From a bacterium (GTDB taxonomy: Bacteria; Patescibacteriota; Dojkabacteria; B142; OLB20), in assembly GCA_021463645.1 (NCBI GenBank), contig JAJTYI010000006.1, positions 181,692 to 245,691 on the forward strand: DNA of 64,000 nt, given 5' to 3'. The notes under the pieces were generated by a model. The model was not told where the DNA came from. It did no database searches and saw nothing but the letters and a program-made list of their open reading frames with translations. Each line of letters begins with the position of its first letter. The stretch's first letter is position 1. The position numbers and the translations under genes were made by a program. Below are positions 29,240-39,213 of this stretch, in pieces.

Positions 29240-30094
29240 TTAATTTAAAGCTAACAGAATAATTCCTGAAATCACCACAACAACACCAAATAATTGCTGT
29301 TTAGAAATTTTTTCTTTCAATATCAAGAATGATAAGACTATTGTCAAAGCAGGGGACGCACTTGTTATGACAGATACCACTCCTGGCTCTGCTGTGGTGT
29401 AGCCTATGTTCATCATTAGAAATGAGGTCACATCAACAAAAATTGCAAAGAAAAGTAGTAACGGGAGATTCTTAAAGTAGGTAAGGATAGGCTTATGAGT
29501 TGTTCCAGCCATAACAAAATAAGTGATAATAGTCCAAAATCTTGTGAATAAACTTACAGAGTACCAGTGATTGTCAGCGGCAAAGTAAGTCATCGTAAAA
29601 AATGAAATTCCTAGGTTTAGTGCAGCAAGGACAGACCATTTAACACCTGCAATTAATTTAAAACTCTTCGATTTCAATAATGTTTTAATATCAATTGAAG
29701 AAAGGAATATTCCTAATACAATGAGCAAGATGCTGATACCTTTTGATAAATAGAAATCTTCGTTCAAAAAGATAAAACCAAAAACCGCTGTAATCATACC
29801 CCATGTACTGATTATGGGTGAGTTGATGCTTGCTTTTCCTTCTTTGAATGCTTTGTTAATGAATACGAAAGCTAATGCCCCCGTAATTCCTGCAATAGTT
29901 AACAAGAAAAAGACTGTAATTCCAGGGTTTTCTTTATACAAAAACGGGAATAATGCTAAAGTTGCGAGTGCGTTGCCTAATTGGATAAGAAATCCAATTT
30001 TGAAAGAGTCCTCATTTCTATTAAGTAGGGAAACCAGTATGTTTAGTACTCCGATACCAACCATTCCTGAAAGCCCATAGATAATTGGGGACAT
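29240..30094 (-). CDS. DMT/EamA family transporter
   Basis: Two EamA-like halves ending FLNE and LKEKI. Confidence 0.88.
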   Translation of the reverse strand: MSPIIYGLSGMVGIGVLNILVSLLNRNEDSFKIGFLIQLGNALATLALFPFLYKENPGITVFFLLTIAGITGALAFVFINKAFKEGKASINSPIISTWGMITAVFGFIFLNEDFYLSKGISILLIVLGIFLSSIDIKTLLKSKSFKLIAGVKWSVLAALNLGISFFTMTYFAADNHWYSVSLFTRFWTIITYFVMAGTTHKPILTYFKNLPLLLFFAIFVDVTSFLMMNIGYTTAEPGVVSVITSASPALTIVLSFLILKEKISKQQLFGVVVVISGIILLALN

Positions 30095-30210
30095 AAAATT
30101 AATTGTTAATTAATAGCGATTTTAGCACAAACTGCTCCATATCTTAATGGGAAACTTTCACTACAAATGATTTTGTAGTATATTTTAGTATTAAGTTTTA
30201 ATAACTCATT

Positions 30211-30561
30211 ATGCCTATTAAAAAAATTAAAAACGCATATAAAAACCGCAGAAAATTAACATACAAAGAATTAGAGTGGGATTACTTACCTATGATTGTG
30301 CTTTTCGCAGTAGTTGCAGGTATTTTGACACTTCTTTTCATATTATTGGCAATTTACCAAGATGTTCGCGGAGTCGAGGAATCAAATAGGCTAGAGAGAT
30401 TTAGGAGAATTGAGAATTTCCTTCGACGTGAACCAGAAGAAGAGACAGATAATTACTATATCGAGGAGTCAGAGCTTGACGAGCCCAATACCGAAGAATC
30501 AGAAATGGTAGACCCAGAAAATCCAGATATGACAGAACCAGATTCATCTGTCACAGAATAA
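30211..30561 (+). CDS. Hypothetical single-TM protein with acidic tail
   Basis: ORF composition. Confidence 0.65.
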   Translation: MPIKKIKNAYKNRRKLTYKELEWDYLPMIVLFAVVAGILTLLFILLAIYQDVRGVEESNRLERFRRIENFLRREPEEETDNYYIEESELDEPNTEESEMVDPENPDMTEPDSSVTE

Positions 30562-30579
30562 TATTTCATCAATATCACG

Positions 30580-31194
30580 ATGCCTTCAACCAACAAAGAA
30601 ATGGTCGAAGACCTAAAGAAACAAGGATTGTTGAAAACCTCTGAGATTATTAATGCGTTTTTGCAAATTGATAGAAAAAAATTCCTAAAAGTTGAGCAAT
30701 ATGGTCATGCTTATGACGACAGCCCATTACCTACATTAAGTGGTCAAACGATTTCACAACCATATACTGTAGCGTTCATGTTTGAATTATTAAAACCGAA
30801 AAATGGGCATAAGATTTTAGATGTCGGATCTGGTTCTGGTTGGACAACTGCTCTCTTGGCTGAAATCGTTGGAGACGAGGGTGAAGTAACGGGTACTGAG
30901 ATTGTTCCGTCTTTAGTGGAATTAGGCAGAGAGAATCTAAAAAAATTTAAACACAAAAATGTAAAGATTGAACAAGCCGTTGAAGAAGAACTTGGTAGGA
31001 AAGGGGAGGTATTTGACAGAATCCTCGTGAGTGCATCTGCAGAAAAACTCCCTGAAGAATTAATTACACAATTAAAACCGGGTGGAATCATGGTTATTCC
31101 TGTTGGTGAAAACATTGTGAAACTAGAAAAGTCACTCGATGAAAAAATCACAACTAAAGATTACCCAGGATTTGTTTTCGTCCCACTAGTTTAA
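30580..31194 (+). CDS. pcm: Protein-L-isoaspartate O-methyltransferase
   Basis: QTISQPY, LDVGSGSGW, QLKPGG.MVIPVG, FVPL. Confidence 0.95.
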   Translation: MPSTNKEMVEDLKKQGLLKTSEIINAFLQIDRKKFLKVEQYGHAYDDSPLPTLSGQTISQPYTVAFMFELLKPKNGHKILDVGSGSGWTTALLAEIVGDEGEVTGTEIVPSLVELGRENLKKFKHKNVKIEQAVEEELGRKGEVFDRILVSASAEKLPEELITQLKPGGIMVIPVGENIVKLEKSLDEKITTKDYPGFVFVPLV

Positions 31195-31208
31195 CTTTAA
31201 ATTATTAA

Positions 31209-32099
31209 ATGCCCATAATGAGAGAAATGGACCCATCAATGCACATACCTGTCGACGATAAAATGACGGACAAAGATAAACGTAAATCTGGTAGGTCACA
31301 AAGATTAACCTTAGTGATGTTACTATCGATTATTTATATGCTTGGTTTAATCTATTATCGGGATTTCTATAATAAAGGTGTTGAGATTAATGGGGAGGAT
31401 TATGGAGTTGTCCAACCTGAAGATAATATGCCAATTGTAAACAATGCTCAGAAATTTGAAGAAGCAAAGACTTTGATCGAGGAGGGAATGGCAAAATGGG
31501 ATGATTTGGAATATGTCGAATATGGCGCAAAGGGAAGTGACGGAGATGAAATAGCATACTTCAACGAACAATACTTAATTGATAACGTAAATGATGAGTA
31601 TAGATATGGTGTTTCTTATGATGCTGAATTGTGTTCAGGAGTTATAGAAGGCTCTAATTGCGATACTTTCTCAGGACTAATAAAAAAAGAAGGTAAATTT
31701 TATAAATATGATGAAGGGGAAAAACAGGAGGTAGACTCTGACGATACGAGTCCTTCTGCGAAACTTCCAGAAGTAAAGGATTTTATACTTAATTACCTCA
31801 ATAGCGATATGAGTGAGTATGATTTGGATGTAAATATTTACGATGGATTATACCAACCAGACAATCAAGCAGTTAAGTTTGTCGAGATAAATTATTTTAG
31901 AAAGCAAAATAATAATGCGCTTTCAAAAATCTTTAAAGCTTACGCTGATGTAATCTATGATAAATTATCAATAGAAATGATAATCGATAGTGAAGGAAGA
32001 ATATTGGAGGCAACAATTCCTTATGTTTATTCTGAAATGAAGCTGTACTTCTATAGTTATAACGAGCCAGTAGAAATAACGCTTCCTGAGGAAGAGTAA
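31209..32099 (+). CDS. Hypothetical membrane-anchored exported protein
   Basis: One TM followed by an acidic domain ending YNEPVEITLP. Confidence 0.65.
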   Translation: MPIMREMDPSMHIPVDDKMTDKDKRKSGRSQRLTLVMLLSIIYMLGLIYYRDFYNKGVEINGEDYGVVQPEDNMPIVNNAQKFEEAKTLIEEGMAKWDDLEYVEYGAKGSDGDEIAYFNEQYLIDNVNDEYRYGVSYDAELCSGVIEGSNCDTFSGLIKKEGKFYKYDEGEKQEVDSDDTSPSAKLPEVKDFILNYLNSDMSEYDLDVNIYDGLYQPDNQAVKFVEINYFRKQNNNALSKIFKAYADVIYDKLSIEMIIDSEGRILEATIPYVYSEMKLYFYSYNEPVEITLPEEE

Positions 32100-32113
32100 T
32101 TTGGTTTAGGTAG

Positions 32114-33331
32114 TTAGTTCTTACTGACCTTTCTGACTTGCCACCAAGTTAATGGGAATTGTAACAAGAGATATATCGCAATTATTGGTGTTATCCCTAT
32201 CCCGACAAAGGTGTAAATCAGCCCTGCAATTGTTGGTGCAAAAGCTGAACTAATAGAAAATATTGACTCATCGATTCCGTTTATTAAACCTTGTTTCCTT
32301 TTCTCAACTGCTGAAGTAATTATCGATTTGAAAGTAGGAATACTTAGCGAAATCCCTAAGTTGGTTAAGTAAGAACAGGCGAAGAAAATTAGCAACGAAT
32401 CTGCAAAGTACAAAAGAACTAATCCTGAAAACAACAGGATTTGACCAATTATGTATGTCTTTTGTTCTCCAAATTTATCCGCAAATCTTCGTGAAAATAA
32501 TCCCTGATTGATTACTAAGAAGCTTCCAATAACTAAAAAAATAAGTCCAACTTGCTTTACATCCAAATCATAACGATTTTGTACATAAAGAGTTAACAAA
32601 GAAGTATATGCACTAAAGCTAAGTGTGAAAAATACCCTTCGTGCAAATAGATGTGTGAGGTCCATATCATTAAGTGATTTAATCTTGGCAAAGATATTTA
32701 ATTCTTTAGTTAATTTAATTTCTAGTTCTTTATCCTGCTCATCATGTGATTCAGGTACTTTGAAAATAATTAAAAGCAATGTCACTAGTGAGATACAAAA
32801 AGCAACAATCGCTGTTCCAAGGTATCCAATACTGAATGAGCTTGCATAGCCTCCTAGAACAGGTCCCACCACAAAGGCTAATCCAAAGATTGCCCCCGAT
32901 AGCCCATAAATTTTTGTTCGTTCTTTTGCTTCCGTCTTGTCAGCGATATAGGCATTTGCGACAGAGACATTACCTCCAGTTATTCCATCAATCACTCTTC
33001 CAAAAATAATCACGAGAATTGGAAGTGAAATTCCAACTACGGGAATATCTGGGATGAAATAGGAAATTCCAAATATTATCCAACTGACCATTGTTCCTGC
33101 CTGGCTCAAAATCAAAATGGGGCGTCGACCGTACTTATCACTTAAGCTTCCTAAAATTGGAGCGCCAATAAACTGAAAAAATGCATATGCTGAAACCAAA
33201 AATCCATACATTAGTGGAGTTTCGTTGTATTGCTTGATTACAAACGGTAGAATAGGCAATACCACAGAGAAACCTAGTGCATTTACAAATGTAAGCAATA
33301 ATATTGGATAGATTTCTTTTTTAATTTTCAT
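32114..33331 (-). CDS. MFS transporter, TetA/DHA1-like
   Basis: GSLSDKYGRRP, GRVIDG, GPVLGG. Confidence 0.92.
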   Translation of the reverse strand: MKIKKEIYPILLLTFVNALGFSVVLPILPFVIKQYNETPLMYGFLVSAYAFFQFIGAPILGSLSDKYGRRPILILSQAGTMVSWIIFGISYFIPDIPVVGISLPILVIIFGRVIDGITGGNVSVANAYIADKTEAKERTKIYGLSGAIFGLAFVVGPVLGGYASSFSIGYLGTAIVAFCISLVTLLLIIFKVPESHDEQDKELEIKLTKELNIFAKIKSLNDMDLTHLFARRVFFTLSFSAYTSLLTLYVQNRYDLDVKQVGLIFLVIGSFLVINQGLFSRRFADKFGEQKTYIIGQILLFSGLVLLYFADSLLIFFACSYLTNLGISLSIPTFKSIITSAVEKRKQGLINGIDESIFSISSAFAPTIAGLIYTFVGIGITPIIAIYLLLQFPLTWWQVRKVSKN

Positions 33332-33453
33332 TATTTATTATTTCCATCGACGATTATAACCTTAATTGGTGTAGTTTGATAATAAGGATATAATAAATCC
33401 ATTGTTGTATAATTATCCCTCTCTCATTTTGTGAGGAGAGATTATGGTCACAC

Positions 33454-33747
33454 GGAAGGGTGTCCAGCCTTCGTCAAGACTACGGCTGGTAAACTGAGAT
33501 TGTCCCTCCCTTCGATGAAGGGTGGGGTGAAGCCGAAAGAGTTCAAATAATGGAAGGGTCGCATCCCTCTACCCCCTGATAAAGTTAGGGGTTCGAGGGA
33601 CAAGTAGACTCAAGATAATAAGTAAAACCATTTTGGAAGGGTGTCCAGCCTTCGTCAAGACTACGGCTGGTAAACTGAGTTTGTCCCTCCCTTCGATGAA
33701 GGGAGGGATGAAGTCGCCACCGCGAAGCGGGGTCCCGCTTTGCGGGA
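33454..33747 (+). repeat. Duplicated tRNA-Ser 5' fragments interrupted by small palindromic elements
   Basis: ~80-bp direct repeat at 33454 and 33635 starting GGAAGGGTGT; GGAAGGGTCGCA at 33552 matches the tRNA 5' end. Confidence 0.75.
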
Positions 33748-33762
33748 AAAGAGCATAAAATT

Positions 33763-33849
33763 GGAAGGGTCGCATAGTGGTCTAGTGCCCCGCTCTCGAA
33801 AAGCGGTATCGGGGAAACCTGATCGTGGGTTCAAATCCCACCCCTTCCG
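33763..33849 (+). tRNA. tRNA-Ser(CGA)
   Basis: Acceptor GGAAGGG/CCCTTCC, anticodon arm CCGCT-CTCGAAA-AGCGG, long variable arm, GGTTCAAATCC T-arm; CCA not encoded. Confidence 0.95.
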
Positions 33850-34123
33850 AGACTGTTGATGAATCGAACTAAGCGATGATGAAGCATACAGTCGTTGGGA
33901 ACGGCCTTGCGCTGTTTCGCCACGATTAGATTCCGCAGAGCAAAACAAAACGTGGGCGGGAACAACCTGGCGCTGTTCCGTTCTACTTCGCTGAAGCTTC
34001 GTAGAGCATAGCTATTCTCTATAAGTACAAGTTATATAATCCCCCTAGAAGTAATTTGAAAAATAAGATAAAGTTATCGAGAGGTGCTATGTGAATAATT
34101 ATTTGCTTTTTGATTTTACCAAT

Positions 34124-34408
34124 ATGAGTGTCATCAATCATTTCAAACCTAACAAAACCAGGATTAAAATTTTCTTAATAGTTTTTTTACTGTTTATTTT
34201 TCTCAATATCCTAATAATTTATAGATTTGGTCCTTTCTGGGATAGGCCTTTATCTATCGGTTATCCGGTAGATATTTATAAGTTGGGTTGTGGGATGTCT
34301 CCATTGTTAACAGGTGCGGTATGTCTAACTGGTTTCAGTGCTCTAGGCTTACTAATCAACGTGATTTTTTGGTATCTAGTCTCTACATTTATTAAGAGAA
34401 GCAAATAA
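34124..34408 (+). CDS. Hypothetical 2-TM membrane protein
   Basis: Two hydrophobic segments flanking a loop with GYP and two Cys. Confidence 0.6.
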   Translation: MSVINHFKPNKTRIKIFLIVFLLFIFLNILIIYRFGPFWDRPLSIGYPVDIYKLGCGMSPLLTGAVCLTGFSALGLLINVIFWYLVSTFIKRSK

Positions 34409-34457
34409 ACGCTAAAAAAATTGTATAGTTAACTAAATAGTTATTTTTTGGAATATT

Positions 34458-35108
34458 ATGATAAAACTACTATTTTTCACCACAAAACTGCTTATATTAG
34501 TATTTTTTATATATATAATTTCACATATTACTTCCTGGTTCTCTCCACGCAGGTACCTGGGTGATCCTACATGGTGGATCCTCATCTATCGTATTATTTC
34601 TTCTTTCTATTGTTTAAATATAGGTTTAATTATCTTGAAAAAACTGAGCCCAGATCTGAGGAAACAGAAGATCATAATCATGATAATCATATTCTTACTT
34701 ACAATCTTCATATTTGATTGGCAAAGACTTGTTGACCGAACCATAAATGACAGAACCGAAATTGTTGAAGAAACAAGTACTCAGATTCTTTGCTCTAAAG
34801 AAAAATTAGGCAACAGAAGGATATGTGATAGCAAAACAGATATAGAGACAGTATTTTTAGAGGATTCTGATACTTTAGTAATTAGATATTTTTTCCTAAA
34901 CGATATTATGCCCGAACTTGAATCAATATGGGGTAGAAAACCCATGGAAATCAGACTAAAAGAGATTACTGTTTCTGGGAGTATTGGTTCTCCACCATGG
35001 CAATTGGTCGAAATAAAAATTGATTTTAAAGAAGATGTCGTCTTGGATGAAACTGAAATCTATGTTGAGCATATATTAATGGGGGGATATGAGATTCCAA
35101 TTGAGTAA
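34458..35108 (+). CDS. Hypothetical membrane protein
   Basis: Three TM segments then a soluble domain. Confidence 0.65.
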   Translation: MIKLLFFTTKLLILVFFIYIISHITSWFSPRRYLGDPTWWILIYRIISSFYCLNIGLIILKKLSPDLRKQKIIIMIIIFLLTIFIFDWQRLVDRTINDRTEIVEETSTQILCSKEKLGNRRICDSKTDIETVFLEDSDTLVIRYFFLNDIMPELESIWGRKPMEIRLKEITVSGSIGSPPWQLVEIKIDFKEDVVLDETEIYVEHILMGGYEIPIE

Positions 35109-35172
35109 TTGGTTATCCTTTTTCTAAAATTGTTGTTATAATTTTCATAAGTGACTTGTTATTCACAAAACC

Positions 35173-36318
35173 TTGAATAAACTCAAGACAATCTTTAAAT
35201 CCATTCATATACCATATCTATCAAGTATTATACTTAACCTCATTATTAGTTATTCTTTATATATTGTTATCTCGGTATCGTCATCTGCTGGAACAAGTCC
35301 ATTTCCTCGAGCAGTCGAATCCCAATATCTCCCTATTTACGGGTTGATTCTCTCATTTATTAATCCGATGTATATAGTTACTTACATTTACATGATTAAG
35401 AATCATAAGAATTTAGAGAATAGTGCATTTTATGGATTAAATATTGTTCAGATTAGTATTTATTTCTCAACATTAATTACGATTTCAATTCAGTTGCTTA
35501 TTTATCTTGAAACATATTGGAATCAATATTTTCCTATTAATATGTTGACTAATCTGACAACTCTGGCAACCATTAACTTGGATTTGGCTTTGAGATCCTC
35601 TGCCTATGTCAATTCATTAATGAATATTCAAGATGGCCCTATTATTATGTCTTCTTTGGGACTCGCTCTAATCACAATTTTTGCACCCATTTTCTTTATT
35701 TTCTATGGTTTGGTATTTTACCTTAGACATAGGAAATATAAAGTTCAATCTGAATCGCAGCAAAGGTTATTCAAGATAATTTCTATCCTTGTTTCGTTAA
35801 ATTTGATTATTATATTCGGAATTATTCTGTTTAATAGCATTAATAAAAACGGACAGTTCCATAAGGCCATTGACAAAGGGGATGTTTCTGCTTGTGAGAA
35901 ATTATTCAATCAAGACTTGAGAGAGAAATGTGTTAGCGAGTATGTATTGGATAAACCATACTTCCATGAATGCAATTCCATATCGGACACTATGAGTTTG
36001 TATGATTATTGTATAGAGGAGGTATCAAAGATAAGTAATGATTGGAAAGGGTGTTATGAATTAAACGAGAATCAAAGAGTGAAAGAATGTATTAATGATA
36101 TTGCTATAAGAAATAACTATTTTCTCGATACTGAAGTCTGTGATGCGATGGCTCCAGACGAAGATGACATATATTTTAGGATGGGAGAAACAATAGCTTG
36201 TTATGCCAAGATTGCTTATATTAAGAAAGATCATTCATTATGCAATGAGCTGAAGGGGTACGATGCTAGGGCATGTTATGATGAATACTTGTCATTATGG
36301 GAGGATGATAATCTTTAG
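35173..36318 (+). CDS. Membrane protein with C-terminal Cys-pair repeats (paralog A)
   Basis: Multi-TM N-half; 10 regularly spaced Cys; similar to 36406. Confidence 0.75.
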   Translation: MNKLKTIFKSIHIPYLSSIILNLIISYSLYIVISVSSSAGTSPFPRAVESQYLPIYGLILSFINPMYIVTYIYMIKNHKNLENSAFYGLNIVQISIYFSTLITISIQLLIYLETYWNQYFPINMLTNLTTLATINLDLALRSSAYVNSLMNIQDGPIIMSSLGLALITIFAPIFFIFYGLVFYLRHRKYKVQSESQQRLFKIISILVSLNLIIIFGIILFNSINKNGQFHKAIDKGDVSACEKLFNQDLREKCVSEYVLDKPYFHECNSISDTMSLYDYCIEEVSKISNDWKGCYELNENQRVKECINDIAIRNNYFLDTEVCDAMAPDEDDIYFRMGETIACYAKIAYIKKDHSLCNELKGYDARACYDEYLSLWEDDNL

Positions 36319-36405
36319 TGGGCGATTCCTAAATATTTCAATATAATTAAGACATTATGATAGATAATTGTTAGAATTTCTTATAACTAATACAACTTCT
36401 ACGTA

Positions 36406-37548
36406 GTGAACAGACTAAAAAGAATCCTCTCATCAATCAAAACCCCATATATTTTAAGTGTTCTCCCAAATTTATTAATAACTATCTTTTTCTGGTTTAT
36501 GGTTAGTTTCTTCGGAGATACTGCCACTACAACTATTTCTGACTTCTTGTTATTACCCTTATTCCTACTGGGAGGTACAATTCTCACAATTATAAATCCA
36601 ATGTACTTAGTAACATATTTATATATGAGAAGAAATCACAAAAGATTTGATAATAGTGTGTACTATGGATTTAATATAGTTTTACTGAGTTTGTTTTTTT
36701 CTGCCCTTATTACTGTATTTGTTGAGTTAATTCAGGTCACTAAATTATTCCTCGACTATACAATAATTGAGAATTTCCTTAATAATCCCACTAGTTGGTT
36801 TCTTCTGGGAACGGATCTGACTGTTAGGAATATGCTCTACACCAATTTTATGCGAGATATGTTTTCCGGAATAGCTGATTCTGAATGGCTCCTCGGTCTT
36901 ATGGCACTAACATATTTATTACCACTGTTCTTTATACTTTACGGATTTGTATATATTGTAAGACATTTCAAATTTCGAGTCTTTAATCAAGGGCAAAAGA
37001 GATTATCAATTGCATTGGTAATTCTACTTTCTTTGACTTCCGTTTTATTAATAATGACTCCTATAATACATTCAAAATATTTAGATGGCATGGTTTCAAA
37101 GGCTATAAATATGAACGATATAAAGTTTTGTAGAGATATGAATGATTATGAGATGACCAGAGAATGCATAGTAAAATATTCTTCAGAGAATAAAAGTTTT
37201 GTAGCATGTAATGCATTGTCTGATAATTACATTGAAATGAGGGCTTGTATTGATGAGGTTTCAATACACTCCAAGGACTGGAGGGAATGTTATTCATTAA
37301 AAAAAGATGTACAAATGTGTATATACGATGTTGCTCGCAGAAATGATTACTTCTTGGATTTAGAAATTTGTAATGTATTAACATTAGATGAAGAGAACCC
37401 AAATTCGGGGGGATATTATTCAGCGATGTGTTATGCGAAAATCGGATATGAAACGAAAGACTTCGGATTATGTAGTAGATTACAAACAGAAGTAGATTAC
37501 GAAACTTGCATTCAAGAGTTGGATTCGTTGAGACAATATGATTACTAA
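36406..37548 (+). CDS. Membrane protein with C-terminal Cys-pair repeats (paralog B)
   Basis: Shares INPMY.VTY.YM..NHK, YFLD.E.C and CYAKI with paralog A. Confidence 0.75.
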   Translation: MNRLKRILSSIKTPYILSVLPNLLITIFFWFMVSFFGDTATTTISDFLLLPLFLLGGTILTIINPMYLVTYLYMRRNHKRFDNSVYYGFNIVLLSLFFSALITVFVELIQVTKLFLDYTIIENFLNNPTSWFLLGTDLTVRNMLYTNFMRDMFSGIADSEWLLGLMALTYLLPLFFILYGFVYIVRHFKFRVFNQGQKRLSIALVILLSLTSVLLIMTPIIHSKYLDGMVSKAINMNDIKFCRDMNDYEMTRECIVKYSSENKSFVACNALSDNYIEMRACIDEVSIHSKDWRECYSLKKDVQMCIYDVARRNDYFLDLEICNVLTLDEENPNSGGYYSAMCYAKIGYETKDFGLCSRLQTEVDYETCIQELDSLRQYDY

Positions 37549-37610
37549 GTTGGGGAATATATGAAGTTTGTAGTTATATGTTAAAAATTCTATTGTAGTC
37601 TATAGACAAT

Positions 37611-38036
37611 ATGATCACTACCGCCACAACTAATGATTTCCAATCAATAGTTAAATTGTATAAACAACTCTGGGAAAAATGGGCTGAGTTTGATGAACGA
37701 AAATTACAGGAAATATTTGATAGAGACATTGGAAGTAAGAGAAAAGAATATTTATTAGCCAATATCGGTAATGAGGTGGTTGGTGTTTGTTCGGTCCGGT
37801 TCAATGATGACTGGCATTATCTGAAAACAGCGATAATTGATGAGTTAATCGTAAATAAAGATTATAGAAACAGAGGGATGGGCATGCAACTACTTGATAA
37901 AGCATGTGAAGTCGCAAGAGAGAAGGGGTGCTATCGGATTGAGTTACATTCAAATATTAAGCGAGCAGAGGCGCATGAGTTTTATGAAAAATATGGATTT
38001 GAGAAAAGTTCGTATTTCTTTAAAAAGAAACTGTAA
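37611..38036 (+). CDS. GNAT family N-acetyltransferase
   Basis: YRNRGMG; AHEFYEKYGF. Confidence 0.92.
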   Translation: MITTATTNDFQSIVKLYKQLWEKWAEFDERKLQEIFDRDIGSKRKEYLLANIGNEVVGVCSVRFNDDWHYLKTAIIDELIVNKDYRNRGMGMQLLDKACEVAREKGCYRIELHSNIKRAEAHEFYEKYGFEKSSYFFKKKL

Positions 38037-38058
38037 ATTTGGATAACCAAACACATCC

Positions 38059-38415
38059 CTAGCTAATCACAGAATCCACCAATTCAGCATTTACAACATT
38101 ATCTTTTTCATCAAAACTCACATGCCAAGTTCCAGAATCTCCAGCAGTGGGGTCGGGGAAACAGCCGAAGAAAATTTTGAACTTGAATTTCTCCAACTCT
38201 GTAACTTTTAATACATAAGGGTCAGGATTTCCCAATAAAATTACAGACTTGTCGGGTTTTTCTCCCGCTAAAATTTCATCTATTGTTTTTCCTTCGTCGA
38301 TTTCATCCAGGAGACATTCGACTGCGAATACCTCGTCATCTTTACTGACAAACTTCAGAAAATTTATAAACTGTTTCTCTGTAATAGGGGAGATGGTTTT
38401 TCGGTTATTAGTCAT
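38059..38415 (-). CDS. Hypothetical protein
   Basis: 118-aa acidic ORF. Confidence 0.6.
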   Translation of the reverse strand: MTNNRKTISPITEKQFINFLKFVSKDDEVFAVECLLDEIDEGKTIDEILAGEKPDKSVILLGNPDPYVLKVTELEKFKFKIFFGCFPDPTAGDSGTWHVSFDEKDNVVNAELVDSVIS

Positions 38416-38481
38416 TGATTGTCATTAGTGTAATTATAAATGTAGTTTGTTATACAATAATATATCTTTGAGAGACAAGAA

Positions 38482-39114
38482 ATGAAAGACAGAAAGTCTA
38501 CACACATTTTTTTTGATGTCGGAGGAGTAGTGGTATTAGATTTCTCTGGAACTAACAAATGGGAAGAAATGCTTCAATCAATGGGCGTTAATGATGAAAA
38601 CGAGGTGAGATTTCTTGAAGTTTGGAACAAACATAAACCCAGAAGATGCATCGACTTTGATGTGGATTCGATGATTGATGAGTTTCGCAATTATGTAGGA
38701 TTAGAATTATCTGAAGATTTCTCTTTTCTTGACGAATTTGTAAATCGCTTTGACCCTAATCTATCAATTTGGCCTGTGCTAGATTATGCTGCGCAAAATT
38801 ACAAAGTTGTATTAATTACCAATATGTATCCGCGTATGTTGGACAAAATATACCAGCGTGGTGATTTGATGCCAGATATTTCTTGGGATTGTGTTATTGA
38901 TAGTTCGGTTGTCAAATTACAAAAGCCAGATAGGGAGATATACGAATTTGCTCATAAAATGATGGGTATAGGAAAGGATGGCAAAGTGCTTTTCATAGAT
39001 AATTCAAAAGAACATTTAGTCGAACCCGAAAAACTAGGATGGGATACATTTCTATATGATCCGACAAATCCAGAAAATTCAAGTGAGGTGTTATTAAATT
39101 TAGTTAAACTTTAA
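38482..39114 (+). CDS. HAD superfamily hydrolase
   Basis: FDVGGV, TN, KPD, FIDN. Confidence 0.88.
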   Translation: MKDRKSTHIFFDVGGVVVLDFSGTNKWEEMLQSMGVNDENEVRFLEVWNKHKPRRCIDFDVDSMIDEFRNYVGLELSEDFSFLDEFVNRFDPNLSIWPVLDYAAQNYKVVLITNMYPRMLDKIYQRGDLMPDISWDCVIDSSVVKLQKPDREIYEFAHKMMGIGKDGKVLFIDNSKEHLVEPEKLGWDTFLYDPTNPENSSEVLLNLVKL

Positions 39115-39213
39115 TTGATATGTCAGACGCACAAGTGGGATTTCTCTTTGCACTCTTTGCATGTATAGTCGGAGGGGCATGGGTGGTGAAAAAGAAACAA
39201 TAACGATTCTAAG

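Noticed and set aside
33454..33760. CRISPR array
   Set aside because: Only two long copies, no regular repeat-spacer period, no cas genes; sequence derives from tRNA ends and hairpins
33569..33948. Minus-strand ORFs of 68 and 95 aa
   Set aside because: Overlap the tRNA and palindromes; no recognisable domain, although 33850-33960 could be a decayed recombinase tail
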